From assembly GCA_047495785.1 (NCBI GenBank), contig JBLDXI010000033.1, positions 806,001-870,000 of the forward strand: a stretch of DNA of 64,000 nt, written 5' to 3'. Shown here piece after piece: positions 1 through 11,840 of the stretch. Below the pieces are notes generated by a model. It saw nothing but the letters and a program-made list of their open reading frames with translations. It was not told the DNA's origin and searched no databases. The stretch comes from Lepidodermella squamata. Its lineage: Eukaryota > Animalia > Gastrotricha. The position numbers were made by a program, and so were the translations under genes. Position 1 is the stretch's first letter. Every line of letters starts with the position of its first letter.

Positions 1-903
1 AGCGTGCCTTGGAGCGTGATACCTATGACAATAAAATCGGCGTGATTCCTTGTAATTTCACGTAGCTTCTTAGAGAATTTAACACACATGAAAGTTTATA
101 ATTCATAAGAGCCAAAATAATTTCCGGAACAATTTTCCCGATTTCGACTTTCGACATTTGACAGGTTCAATCAAAAGCGATTGCTAAGCTCGAAAGCTGG
201 ACAAACGAACATTCAGTTTTAATGAAGATTAACTTTTGCAATCTAAATGGAAACTTGATTAACAAAGGCGTGATGAAAATGACATCCAGACTGAAAATAA
301 TTGCACTATATGAAAGACTTACCTGAAACCTGAAAATATTACATGTCTTTGGCATCGAGCTTTTGGGACGGACCATAAGCAATTTAATACAAGTAAGCCG
401 ATTGCAGTGAACATGATAGAAGCTTGATGGAAGAATCTTTAAATCACCTGATACATAATTTGGCTAGCAACTGATTGTTTTATAGCATATCTATCTTTTA
501 GTTTGAAAAAATCATACTCGATCTTCAAACCAATTTACGAAATGTGATGGTCACTGAGTGGCCTGGCGATGTGTGAAATGCGATTTGTCCTCTCGCCGAT
601 ACGCGAGGGTGCGTACCTATCCTTAGTGACTTAGTATCAATTGCTCGCACATCAATGGATGAAGCGCATCACGCTCATTTGTCACTCAATCTCGCGGGCA
701 AATTAGCTGATGAGTTGACCGAAGTGACTAGGAAAGCCACGTGATTCATCGCGGCAAGGTTTATTAATTATATAAGGACGCGTAGAAGTCTAACCTGATC
801 AAGCAATTTATTATCCGATGCAGCGGAATGAACAAACTTCACGCTACGCTGATATCTCAGAGATATTTCTAGAGGCAACAAATAAACACTGAGCTATGCG
901 AAA

Positions 904-1383
904 ATGCTGTTTGTTAGACGAGCAATATACGTACTTGTCCTGCTTATGCAGTTTTGCCTCTCGATCAACGGTACTTCATTTCCGAGAAGCTCCCGCAGGC
1001 GGACCACCACTTCGCAGCCACCCACAACGCTACTCCAAGCAACTTATCCGGCAATCCTGGAGATCGGCAACAACGAAAGCGGCCGGTTAGTATTCATCGA
1101 TTCAGCATCATTCAAATCAGCGATTGGCAAAGTAGCCGACAAAATCACTCGAAAAATTACGCTAGAAGCCCGGCTGATCACAAAATGCCGCCGTAAATTT
1201 GGCCTTTCGTCCAAATGCAATCCGAACCACTTGAAAGAGCTGGCTAGATCTCTGTTCTACCTTCGCCGCTTCTTGAAGCGAATCGAGGACCTGGATGTTA
1301 TCGAGTATTGTAGATTTGACAGCAACCAGAGCAAACCCATTTGCAGGCAATTCGATCGCATTTTATCTCAGATTTTGTCCTAG
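904..1383 (+). CDS. Secreted Cys-helical protein, subfamily A (A1)
   Basis: Signal peptide, Thr/Ser-rich linker, C-x9-C-x30-C-x10-C; aligns with 2495 and 4096; single exon. Confidence 0.8.
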   Translation: MLFVRRAIYVLVLLMQFCLSINGTSFPRSSRRRTTTSQPPTTLLQATYPAILEIGNNESGRLVFIDSASFKSAIGKVADKITRKITLEARLITKCRRKFGLSSKCNPNHLKELARSLFYLRRFLKRIEDLDVIEYCRFDSNQSKPICRQFDRILSQILS

Positions 1384-1597
1384 CGCGAAATTAAAGAGCA
1401 ATAAACATTTTAGTGAGATTGCCTGTTTTGGTTTCAAAATGTTCAACATATTTGTGTAAGTGCTACGTTTTAAGAAGCTTTGGTATGTGTGATGACGTAA
1501 GTCACGACGTTTTTCATCACTTAGTGATGATGAGATTCGGTCACTCGTTGAAAAGATCCCGGTCATCAGAGAGGTAATTTTTTACACTCGATAAGAG

Positions 1598-2134
1598 ATG
1601 AGTTCATTACGCATTAGTTTGATTTTTCTGTTTGTCAACTTTTCATTCCTTTATCCTGCGGAAGCATATGTCAGTTCCAGCAAATTCAGACTGAACAACG
1701 ATCGGGAAATGGCGAAAAATTCGTTGAAAAAGCTGCATGAAGCGCTGACAGCTGTAAATGAAGCTTGTAAGTCCTCTTCAACAAATGCTACAACAATCAA
1801 ACCATCGATTGGTCAATTAAACGATACCGGAAGTCTCCTGTGGAGCGGCTCGGACCACTGCGAGATAAAGCGAGCTTTATTAAGGCGGTTCGCGAAATCA
1901 ACCCTCAAAATGCTGAAGGACGCTAAAATCCGGCACGTTTCCGGAATTCATGGTTTCATTACTGAGCTATTCGACCATGACAAGAAACCTGTCAGCCGCT
2001 TCATGTCAGTCACTGCTCATCGCAATAGCAATAGATCTAAAACCAAGGACACCTCGCACGAAGAAGCGTATATCAAAGAACAGTTGAGACAAAATGCACG
2101 TTCGGCGAAATACAAGACAGTCAGAAATAAATGA
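1598..2134 (+). CDS. Secreted Cys-helical protein, subfamily B (B1, divergent)
   Basis: Signal peptide; AVNEAC...HCEIKRALLRRF matches the B motif; 30-aa loop between Cys1 and Cys2; Cys3 and Cys4 absent; C-terminal extension. Confidence 0.8.
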   Translation: MSSLRISLIFLFVNFSFLYPAEAYVSSSKFRLNNDREMAKNSLKKLHEALTAVNEACKSSSTNATTIKPSIGQLNDTGSLLWSGSDHCEIKRALLRRFAKSTLKMLKDAKIRHVSGIHGFITELFDHDKKPVSRFMSVTAHRNSNRSKTKDTSHEEAYIKEQLRQNARSAKYKTVRNK

Positions 2135-2494
2135 ATCTTTGTCCACGAGTTGACAGTAATCAGCTTGATTGAATAATTAAAGTTCATCCAATAAACCGCA
2201 AATGTCAGTTAAAGAGGGCTTTTCAATTTTCTGTTAATATCTAAAGCCTTAGCTTTTTTTAACTTCTCGCGAAAAAAGTCTAAATTCGGCTCCAATTAAC
2301 CTGCAATGTCGTTAAAATCGTCGTAGGCTGATGAGTTTTCAATTTTCCTAACTGTCAATCCCCCACGTTGTTCCCAGGCAAGTTCAACCCTAATTGGCAG
2401 ATGATCTATAGCTTCCTCGAGCATTTTATCCACTATCAATTTCCATGAAACTAAGAGATCGAACTACATATTTTATTTCAAAAGCTGATTTGCC

Positions 2495-2932
2495 ATGAAG
2501 ACTTACCTATTATTTGCTCTAGCTGCTTCGGCTAATGCTATGCTGAGTGCTGACAAGCTGAGGTTCGAGCGAAATCCAAATATCGAGGGAGCTAACGCAA
2601 GCTCGAAGCTAACCCCAATCGAAGCTCTTCTTGAGAAAGAAATCTCACAATCAATGCGTCGCCTCAAAAAACACATACGATCAGTCACAGTTCGGGTCTC
2701 AAAATGCTTCGTCATGCTCGGCTCTACCAAGAAATGTGGAATACAACACCTAGACGACCTATGGGACCGGTTGCAAGCGATAAAACGTTTCCAGGTGGAA
2801 ATCGCCTCTAGAAGGCAATTGCCTCCCTGCACTGGTGGCTACGAAGTTGATGGCGTTGACTGCCAGCAAAATTCCGAGTTTTTACCGTGGCTTAAAGGCG
2901 TAGCTGCGAAATTCGCGGCCGCTGAAGTATGA
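2495..2932 (+). CDS. Secreted Cys-helical protein, subfamily A (A2)
   Basis: Signal peptide MKTYLLFALAASANA; C-x9-C-x30-C-x10-C followed by QQNSEFLPWLK. Confidence 0.85.
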   Translation: MKTYLLFALAASANAMLSADKLRFERNPNIEGANASSKLTPIEALLEKEISQSMRRLKKHIRSVTVRVSKCFVMLGSTKKCGIQHLDDLWDRLQAIKRFQVEIASRRQLPPCTGGYEVDGVDCQQNSEFLPWLKGVAAKFAAAEV

Positions 2933-3400
2933 AATCCAGGGAGACCGCCCGCAAGAGAAACGAATGACGGCCAATGTGTTTACACTTTTAAATACAAATG
3001 ACGAAAAAATATCATCATTCATTTTCTTGCGGACAGTCTCATATTTTTGCTCGTAATGCCCTCAGTTTTGTGTCAATAAAAAAGTTATTCAATACACATT
3101 GTCTGAGAGTCATCGGCCATCGACATCGCGGGATGCCACTAAAAATCGATTGACGGATGCACGGAATAATAAATTGAAGATCTGTCACAGCTCATTTCCT
3201 CGCTCTTCCTGACTCGTGGTCGAAATATTGTTTTCTACTCAGTGACGAACGACCACGGGAGAAGTGATCAAGTTGAAATATGATAACTATCGTTAGCTAA
3301 TTCTTGAAATCATGACTTATTAACTGAGAATTCGTTCGCTTTTAGCTCAGTATAAAATCTGGTCATTTTTTAATATTTCTCGCGCATATTTTTTAGAGCA

Positions 3401-3829
3401 ATGACGATCGCAACTGCTATTGGATTATTATTTCAAATTTGTCTATTTTTGACGCCAATCTCAGCAGCTGAGTTGAAAACCGCAAAATCAAGCGATGAAG
3501 GCGATGATCCACTGCTGAAAGTCGAGTCTCACCTAGCGAATAAGTCGATGCAGATATTAAGAGATGCTCAAAAAGCTGTAGAAGAAGCCTGTGGAGATGG
3601 CATGAAGGCAATGATGACCAACGACTGCAAGATGAAACGGGTCATCCTAACGAAGGCTGTTGAGAAGACAAGTCACTTGCTGCGGCGGCTGCAGCAACGC
3701 CGAGCTAAATACAACCGATGCAAGGGCCTTCTCAACCAAATGGTCGCGCATCGACAACCTATGAATCGCTTTTTGGCCGTATGCGCCAAACTTGCCTTTA
3801 CTACAAGTGATTATTTGTCAGTTTTGTGA
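3401..3829 (+). CDS. Secreted Cys-helical protein, subfamily B (B2)
   Basis: Signal peptide, acidic pro-segment, C-x11-C-x30-C-x20-C, PMNRFL motif; TATAAAA about 50 bp upstream. Confidence 0.85.
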   Translation: MTIATAIGLLFQICLFLTPISAAELKTAKSSDEGDDPLLKVESHLANKSMQILRDAQKAVEEACGDGMKAMMTNDCKMKRVILTKAVEKTSHLLRRLQQRRAKYNRCKGLLNQMVAHRQPMNRFLAVCAKLAFTTSDYLSVL

Positions 3830-4095
3830 GAGCTGATTGCTATTGCTAGTGGCCTATGCATGTGTTGTCATTTCAAATAATGGAACTCTTGAAGTTGTTT
3901 TCTTGAAAGGAAACAGGAAGTAAAAGCTCTTTAGTGCGCCGTCATTTTTTTTGATGAAAAATCTAGTCCAGAGGGATATCGGAAGCACTAACCATATTTA
4001 CGCACGTGGCCTACCAATAGTCATGGGGAACGTAGGCGATACGATGTTATTCCTGAACCTTAAAAAAGTATTATTCAGTCTTCGCAAATTTAAAG

Positions 4096-4638
4096 ATGAT
4101 TTATTTCTATTTATTTATCTTCGAAGCCCTGGCAATAAGCCAGCTTGTAGTCGGTCAGCAGGATGACAAAACGAAACAACGTCTCGCGGCTTTTGAGAGG
4201 CCAGGTGCTGTAGTTTCGTTGAGAAAATCAGCTAGAGTCACGCCTAGGCCTAGTTTCATTCAGGCCGCCTCTAATCAAACGAAATCAGGCCGAAATGCGC
4301 AAGATGCTAACTGGCAGGTTATTGACGTGAAGATCAACAACAAGATGCGGCAAATTTACCATAAATTCGTGGCGATGGACCGGAAATTGACTCGATGCCA
4401 ACTCGCCTTGCAATCTGTTCGGAAATGCAACGCCCTACTGAAGGCCTACCATGACGAACGCCTAGCAGCTTTGCAGGCGTATCGAAGGCTACTAAAGGAG
4501 AAGAAACGCCTGACAAAATGTGACGAAACAAACCCAGCGAAGCTTTGCGTTCCTAGCAAGCCGTTTACGAATTGGATTAAATCCTTCGAGAATAACTCGG
4601 AAACTGTCAAACGGACGACGGCAAATAGCAAACCTTAG
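4096..4638 (+). CDS. Secreted Cys-helical protein, subfamily A (A3)
   Basis: Signal peptide; C-x9-C-x30-C-x8-C followed by KPFTNWIK. Confidence 0.8.
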   Translation: MIYFYLFIFEALAISQLVVGQQDDKTKQRLAAFERPGAVVSLRKSARVTPRPSFIQAASNQTKSGRNAQDANWQVIDVKINNKMRQIYHKFVAMDRKLTRCQLALQSVRKCNALLKAYHDERLAALQAYRRLLKEKKRLTKCDETNPAKLCVPSKPFTNWIKSFENNSETVKRTTANSKP

Positions 4639-4931
4639 TTTTTTAAACGCATGAATTCCTAACCTTTCCGAATCGTTTTATCATCACGCACTAGGAGAAA
4701 TTAAAACTGTTACAAATAGCTATTTTGAGGTCCCTTTTTCCTGTCCCAACATAACTTCTGGTGCGAATTTTTATCAAGACGATTATCGAATCTGATGTGT
4801 TAGGTCGTCCTAATCGAATAACCACATGAGCACCATCGTGTTACCCGCGTTTGCTGACTTCCGTGCTAACGGACAGAGAGAAAGACTATTTTTTTCAAAA
4901 TTCAAGGTCACTTCGCATTTTTAGAGGGATT

Positions 4932-5306
4932 ATGAACGCTGTTCATATAATTTTACCAATTCTTTTTCTTTTCACTCCGGCTTTTTCGATTAGCCATCGG
5001 ATCATCATTCCAAATCCGGAGCAACCTACGGCGAGCAGCGCCCTCTTATCCGCATTGAATGTGAAAGCCCCTGGCTTGACTGGAATTTGTTCGAAAACTG
5101 CGAATCGGAATGCGCGAACGGATTGCTTGATCAAAATGGCACTGATGAAACGCCTGTTCGAGGAGACACGCAAAATGGCAAATAAGCTGCGTCGACAACG
5201 TCTGCGACTTTATCAGTGCGATAATTTGCTGCAGCAAATCATCAGTCGTGGAATGCCTTTGGAGAAGTTCTCCACAGTTTGCGGGAATGTTTTAGGAATG
5301 TATTAG
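4932..5306 (+). CDS. Secreted Cys-helical protein, subfamily B (B3)
   Basis: ATG at 4932 gives signal peptide MNAVHIILPILFLFTPAFS; C-x11-C-x30-C-x20-C. Confidence 0.85.
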   Translation: MNAVHIILPILFLFTPAFSISHRIIIPNPEQPTASSALLSALNVKAPGLTGICSKTANRNARTDCLIKMALMKRLFEETRKMANKLRRQRLRLYQCDNLLQQIISRGMPLEKFSTVCGNVLGMY

Positions 5307-5848
5307 AATGTCCCTAAGCTGGAGAATGTCGTCATGTTTGATATCTGATGTCGGATTATCACTTTGGAATTTGTTGATGAGAATATTAAACAGCACGTGC
5401 GAAATTATCGATCGAAGTTTTATTTTTAAGCTGATAATTTACATGTTGAAGAGCCAATCCTGGGGCATCGAGAGGAGAGTGGAGACGAGACGGGCTGGCA
5501 TCTAAATTATTTAGCAGCAATTAAGCCTAAATTTAGACTTGATTTCTATTTTAAAAAGCAGTTCAATTCATCGTGCAAATTTAGAAATTTTATTCAATTG
5601 TTGCCAGGATACAAGACAGCCCTTGGATTCTCGAACATCCGGAAGTACGCTTAATTTCGCGTGAATAAGTTCAGTCAAGCTGACATGAGTGCTCAATGAA
5701 AACAATAAAAGTGCAGTCATTTCAGGGGTCTGATTTTGCGCGTGACCATTCATCGATGCCAAATTGTAAACCAGCAAAACACGTGGTGACCATCAGATAT
5801 GAAGAAAACGAATTTCATTCAATTTACAAAATTTCGCATCTCTGAGAA

Positions 5849-6265
5849 ATGAATCGTTTGTATATGACGCTAATACTGATTTTTGGCCTAGTTGCTGCTT
5901 ACTCGGCGTCAATCTCTGCCAACGACTACGACCTGGCCGATATCGAGGATCCTAGTCCGGATGATCCAGTAGCCCTAGCAATTCCTAACGCCGACTCAAT
6001 GTCGATCAATGACTACATCAAAGCGCTTAGGACAGATGATCAAGCCATAGTAAATGAAGTCTGTCCGTCGCCTGAGGACCGCAAAACGAAGGAGTGTTTA
6101 ATTCGAACGGCACTGATCAAGCGCTTTTTGAAATCAACTCAAAACATTCCAATTCATTCACACCGCAGGCGACTTCGCGTTGATCACTGTTACCGTATGC
6201 TAAAGGACGTATTCTTGCAACGCCATCCACTTGACCGCTTTCTGTTGAGTTGTTCAAATGTCTAA
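5849..6265 (+). CDS. Secreted Cys-helical protein, subfamily B (B4)
   Basis: Signal peptide, very acidic pro-region, ECLIRTALIKRFLK...RRRLR..HC...LDRFLLSC. Confidence 0.85.
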   Translation: MNRLYMTLILIFGLVAAYSASISANDYDLADIEDPSPDDPVALAIPNADSMSINDYIKALRTDDQAIVNEVCPSPEDRKTKECLIRTALIKRFLKSTQNIPIHSHRRRLRVDHCYRMLKDVFLQRHPLDRFLLSCSNV

Positions 6266-6746
6266 AGTAATGATGGATTATCTGGATATTCTGAAACTTC
6301 AGTTTGAATTCTGTCCCTGTGAAACTGCAAGTCCATTTACTGTAGTTACTGTCTCAGTAGTTACTCCTGTAAATCGAACTATCATAGAAGTAGCTATTAG
6401 AAGCAGACATAGTATGAATTGTAGCCATCACGCTGAATTATGCTGAAAGCATTTAAACACGTATAATCCCTGTGAAACCCTACACCTGAATTGCATGATA
6501 AGAAGAATAATAAATACAACGAAGGAAATAGGAGCTATCAGACATAGAGAACATTGTCTTTTGAACGGTCAATTTGTTAAAGTACTAACGAAGAGCAAAG
6601 CTCAGAAGTGACATTGAAAATTGAAAAATTAGCATTTTTGTTTTGTCGAATGAATAAACTTATCCAGAAGTTTAGTTTCCAAATGGGTGCATACTTCATT
6701 AACAATAATATATTATAGCCTTTTTCATTGGTCATAGGTTCATAGA

Positions 6747-7144
6747 ATGCATTTTCTGGCAGCTTTCATGATCACGGCTTTCGTATTCTCATCGGCATCT
6801 AGCTCCAGAAAATTCGGTACTTCGAAGTCAATCGAGCCAATTAAGAAGAAGCAATTATCAGCTCATTTTCAAGTAGAAGATCGGATGTTGAGCTGTAAGT
6901 TCTTCCTCCTGAAAAATCGGTATAGTATAAAGTTGATTCATTCATGATTACAGATGAAAAAGCCGGAGTTTCGATCGGCTACATTTTTGACGAATTGATC
7001 GATGCTCTGATAGCGAAGAAACGATGCGAAACTGCTAAATGTAAGAACGATTTCAATCTGGTCCTCATCGGCTTGGTAACCTACCTTCGATACCTTCAGC
7101 AAAGCTATTTCTCTCTCGTTGTTTCCAATAAGAATAAAGACTAA
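6747..7144 (+). CDS. Secreted protein, subfamily D (D1), 2 exons (6747-6894, 6954-7144)
   Basis: Signal peptide; 59-bp phase-1 GT-AG intron joins the two ORFs; C-x4-C and LIGLxxYLRYLQ; paralog of 14089. Confidence 0.8.
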
Positions 7145-7560
7145 TCTGGTATGGATGATGAATTTTCACGTATATGGTACATCGCGACTTGAAGGTGAGA
7201 TGTCCTCTGTCGTGAAGCTTATTACGTGTGAGGAGGCAAAATAGAATTACTCATATGTTACTCACGTCAGTCATTGATTTCAGGCCCGTTGGACATATGA
7301 ACCCGTCCTTCTTCTAGGTTCAATTCTTAGGACAAGAGCTGATAGTTATTTAATGAGAGTTAGTATAACTCGATAAATATCACGGCGCCTGCTTAAGGAG
7401 GAGGCGTGGGAATACAGCAGAGCCAACGAAAAATAGAGCCACTTGTGCACGGTGACATCTGAAACCATCGAATCGGCATTCGGCTGGACCGCCTTCTCTC
7501 ACTTTTGTTTGCTATAAAATAGCCCATCTAGACGCTGAAGATCATTAACAATATCTGACC

Positions 7561-7947
7561 ATGAAGATACATAGGTTTCCCGTTTTCCTAATAGCAATTA
7601 TTCTTCCGACCGGCATTACGCAAGAAGCAACCGGGGAAATTCCAACAAGAGCGGCTGAACTGATGAAAATCGAATCAGTCCTCGCCAGCGTTTCCATTCA
7701 ACTGCTAACCAGCGCTCGAGAAGAGACTAGAAAGGCTTGTTTGGGGAAATCGACCAACAAAAGTAGTGACTGTCTGCTGCGCAGAGCTTTGGCTAAGCGG
7801 TTCCTACATACAACTGTGAAACTACTGAAAAACTTAAAACTCAAACGGTTTCGCGTCGAACGCTGCAACTATTTGCTGGAACAAGTCGTAGCACATCGGC
7901 TGCCTATGGATAGATTCCTGACGAAATGCACTACATTTTCTCGATAA
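7561..7947 (+). CDS. Secreted Cys-helical protein, subfamily B (B5)
   Basis: Signal peptide; C-x10-C-x30-C-x20-C; TATAAAA upstream at about 7513. Confidence 0.85.
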   Translation: MKIHRFPVFLIAIILPTGITQEATGEIPTRAAELMKIESVLASVSIQLLTSAREETRKACLGKSTNKSSDCLLRRALAKRFLHTTVKLLKNLKLKRFRVERCNYLLEQVVAHRLPMDRFLTKCTTFSR

Positions 7948-8795
7948 ACATTTCCGCCTTTGATTTAGCAATATCCTAGCTGTTACTAAGCTTAGTTTTG
8001 ACTATTGTCATTGTTTGTTGACTATTTCAATCTTTCGAAACTGAGGTGGCTTGGTAGGCGCCTCAAACCGGATGGTAAGGTCGAACTTGTTATTCCCTTG
8101 CTTGCAAGGGAGGATACTCTTACAGACTTCTAGTGCCTTGCTTTTGCGATTATCATTTATCATTATTTACCTTAAGCTATGGCTGATCATTCAATTTTAA
8201 CAAATTCCCTATGAGAATAAAAGCCTGGGAAAAAGTTTCCTCACGTTTCCGTTTGAAGTTATGATGAGATAGTCTTTTATCATGAAATTATCCCAAAGGT
8301 TTTGTTTTATTCCATTTTGTTTTATTTTGTTTTCCATTTCAACCAAGAATCCATAGTCCTAAATGGCCGTCTTCCTGTTCGATTATGAATATCATTTCGA
8401 ATGGACGAATTTCTGCATTTTCTTATGTACATGGAAAGGAAAATAGATCACCTGTCGTGATCAATGGATGTCTCTCCCAGTGAAGTTAGCAACATAGTCC
8501 GAAAAGTCCCGGTCTGAAAATTCCTGCGCACAGACGTCGACTGACAGGCTATATTGAACGATATGCCACTGAAATTCTGACCTATTAATTAATGAAGGCG
8601 ACAAGTAACGCACCGATAAACACTGGCGCTAACTAGTTAGGCCCGAAATGTCAATTAGTCAAGTGGAAACGTTTCAGGTTATGCTAATTTACTTTTTAAA
8701 AATAGATGTGACCACGCGGTTCTCAGTATTTAAGCCAGGGATTATCGATGTGGGATTATCATCCAATCTCATTCGCTAAGCTGATAATAACCGGA

Positions 8796-9179
8796 ATGTT
8801 GCTAGCATTGATTATACCTGCTTGTTTTTTCATGCTTTCAACTGCTGAGGACATGTTACCATCCGATGCCAATGTTAAAGATGATTCGAGCGAAGCCGAT
8901 CAATCCGACAATGCCGAAAAATTCTACAAGCCAACGGCTATTGAGGTGCAAAACATCCTTGACGAGCTGTGCTCGGATAACACGAGTAAACTCAAGAAGG
9001 CCGAATGTCTCATTCGATCGGCGATGATCAAGCGCTTTCTGAAGTTCACACAGAACAAAGTGGCGGAACCATCATATCGCAGACGCTTACGAATCGCTCA
9101 CTGCAATCGTCTTATCAAGGAGGTTGCCGCACAACGTGTGGCCCTCGACCGATTTTTGCTCGCATGTGCTAACATTTAA
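8796..9179 (+). CDS. Secreted Cys-helical protein, subfamily B (B6)
   Basis: ATG at 8796 gives a signal peptide; acidic pro-region; C-terminal domain nearly identical to B7 and B8. Confidence 0.85.
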   Translation: MLLALIIPACFFMLSTAEDMLPSDANVKDDSSEADQSDNAEKFYKPTAIEVQNILDELCSDNTSKLKKAECLIRSAMIKRFLKFTQNKVAEPSYRRRLRIAHCNRLIKEVAAQRVALDRFLLACANI

Positions 9180-10389
9180 ACTCACGCCTATTCAGTGTAA
9201 GAGAGTATCTAACTCCAAAAGCTCCAAGACAAATAATGTTTTCGTGTTCGAAAATGAGCCATCACTGATTTTTCGATAGCTGTCAGCATTAGGAAGTCTA
9301 GCCCATTCGATTATGAGAATAAAATTCTGCCTTGAAAGATGATGTTTCGAGCTGTGAATTTCATTCTACATTCGCCCACTTGAAAATGATAGATCTGAAA
9401 AGCAGTGCCCAGGATTATTGTCTGTGTGATAGGGAACAAACAATCTTGAAGGCTGTTATCATTGACTTGAGACTTGGAATCCCATAACAGAATATCCGCT
9501 GCGGTTCTCCCCTATCCCATCATTTTCAATGATAATTAATAATCGTTGCATCATGCTGACAAAATCAAGCCGCTACGTCAGTGGCAATGTCACTATTAGC
9601 GACTTTAATTCGAGAAAAATCGAGGCAAAAAGTAATTCATGTTTATCCTGAGTAGCACGTCTCTTCGATCAACGGGCGATGGGCCGTTATTAGACGAATT
9701 CCGTTTATTTTAATTAAGCAGTTCAATTTTTCCTGCAGCTTTATTGTCCGTTCTAACCTAAGGAATATAATTGCGGATCAACGTTCGTTAATGCCGAACT
9801 TGTTTACTTTGTCTTTGATTTTCCTGGTCGACGAGCCTGCTCCAGACGTACTACATCCGAAATTTGATTTCCTACACATCTATGCTTGTACTAAATCTGC
9901 TATATTTCCAAAATTATCTAATTGATCAATATTTCGGGCATCTGCCACGTAAAATTTACCGGAATCTTCAATACATTGCAATGTGGTTCATATAGTACTT
10001 CAAAACTTGTATCAAGTGATAGCAATGACACGGCTTTTATGTCACAAAATTGAAGAGAAAAAAGACAGGAGTATTTACGGGCAGCCTTGAATCAGTTTTA
10101 CTCCATCAAATCAAATCAGTAGACCTAGAGCTCGCGCGCTAATCCAAAATCCAAAAGGCAAAATATTCTCCAACATGTTTTCTGCTTTTATGACCTTGCC
10201 GATCAAATAGGCAGGATCTACAGGCATCGATCGTGCGTAGGTCCTAATCCCAGTGTCAAATTTAGGGTGTACTTTTGCGACTGGGCTATCGTCGTCTGAA
10301 TGAGATAAACACGAGTTTACTGAAATTCACAGTTTATTAAATTGCCAGTTTCGCATATCAATGACTAATGACAAGACAACAAAATATTG

Positions 10390-10788
10390 TTATATGTTAG
10401 CGCAGGCTAGCAGGAATCGATCGAGAGCCACGCGCTGAGCAGCTACCTCTTTGATCAGATGGTTGCAGTGAGCTATGCGCAAGCGTCTGCGATAAGACGT
10501 TTCCGCTAGTTTGTTTTGCGTGAGTTTCAAGAAGCGCTTGACCATGGCCGATCGAACCAAACATTCAGCCCTCTTCAGTTTACTCGTCTTAGTCGAGCAC
10601 AGCTCCTCCAAGACTTCGCGGAGATCAACTGCTGATGGAGTGCGAAAGTCATTCTCGGTATGAGCATGAGTCTCGTCATTCGGTTGCTCGAGATCGTTGG
10701 TTGCTGCTACCCCCTGTTGAGATGACTTCGTATTTTCCGCGAAAATAATAGCGAAAAAACAAACGAAAAGTACAACTACTTTAAGCAT
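10390..10788 (-). CDS. Secreted Cys-helical protein, subfamily B (B7)
   Basis: Signal peptide MLKVVVLFVCFFAIIFA; ELCS...ECLVRSAMVKRFLK...RRRLRIAHC...LDRFLLACANI. Confidence 0.85.
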   Translation of the reverse strand: MLKVVVLFVCFFAIIFAENTKSSQQGVAATNDLEQPNDETHAHTENDFRTPSAVDLREVLEELCSTKTSKLKRAECLVRSAMVKRFLKLTQNKLAETSYRRRLRIAHCNHLIKEVAAQRVALDRFLLACANI

Positions 10789-11486
10789 TTTCAGAAATGG
10801 CAAGTCCTGGTCTGAAATGAATTATTCCAAATGAGCGAGGGACAATACCCCACCGAAAATTGTCATCCTTATATATTGGCGCGATGTCTGACCTATTTCC
10901 GTTGCGCAAATCGACTGTAACCAGTAACAAAAATTCCAAATCAAGTCCCCGTATACGCTCCATATTAAATATCAACGATAACAAAGATGTATACCCAGGG
11001 TAATTAGTGCATGTCATATCTTACCCAATATCATTAAATTCTGCAGAGAGAAACCCCGGAAAAAGCCGGTATTTCATCGTTATAATATCGCCAATTAAAA
11101 AATGCGAGCGCCATGCGGTTGACGAGACAAGAGGAATGTTGCTATCTAATAATATGTCAGCTCACAGAAGGAAAAACCGTCATTCGACAATAATTAAAGT
11201 CATGAATTGAAATCACGTGCAAAAGTTGCTAAGCGAATTCTGACAACGGGGTAGACGAAAACCAACGACCGTCACTACCTTTGACTTTGAACTGGATGTC
11301 CAAGGAAGCTGAAAGCGACGAAAACTGTTTAATCACGCTGCCTGCCGACTCGTTTCGTCAATGTTACGTTCAACCATGAATACTCTGCGATCAAATCTCG
11401 TATCTTATCGCCCAAGCAAACGTGTTTGTTGCGCTATTAAGTGACTGCGTTCAAAGATCACATTTTCCTAGTTCAATTTTATAAAT

Positions 11487-11840
11487 ATGATCAGTTGCTT
11501 ATTTCTCAGCTTTCTTCGGTCACAACTAGAATTGACTTTGAAGCTATGAATTCTCTCCTCCCTTGGGCAGCGTGAGACGTACCAGGACGCCGGGGTTTGA
11601 AGCTTGAATTCTCTTTGACAAAAATCTCTGCGTTACGTGCCGGGCTATTAATGAGTTTTCCGCATTGATTTGATGCGAAAAATCTTGAGTTCGACAAATA
11701 ATAAAGTTTTTTGCTCGTTTAAAAATAACACAATAACCTCGCTTTCCTGTCAAGCTCCGGCGTCCTGGTATATCTCATGATGAGCAGTTGTGTGAAAGCA
11801 GCTGGTTCGTCATTTCTTCGTTAACGATCAAATAGAACTG
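11487..11840 (+). pseudogene. Subfamily D pseudogene interrupted by a MITE
   Basis: IDFEAMNSLLP [insert] *KQLVRHFFVNDQI matches D2 SDFEALKSISPLARKELARHFGVNDRM; upstream 11345-11430 is homologous to 13882-13980; no exon 2 seen; 5' boundary approximate. Confidence 0.75.
11565..11786. mobile_element. MITE (~220 bp)
   Basis: Inverted repeats TGAGACGTACCAGGACGCCGGGGTTTGA (from 11573) and TCAAGCTCCGGCGTCCTGGTATATCTCA (11750-11777); sits inside the D pseudogene exon; exact ends uncertain. Confidence 0.75.

Noticed and set aside
167-382. 71-aa minus-strand ORF with splice-like CAG|GTAAGT
   Set aside because: Non-ATG start, no homology to neighbours, no coherent exon chain
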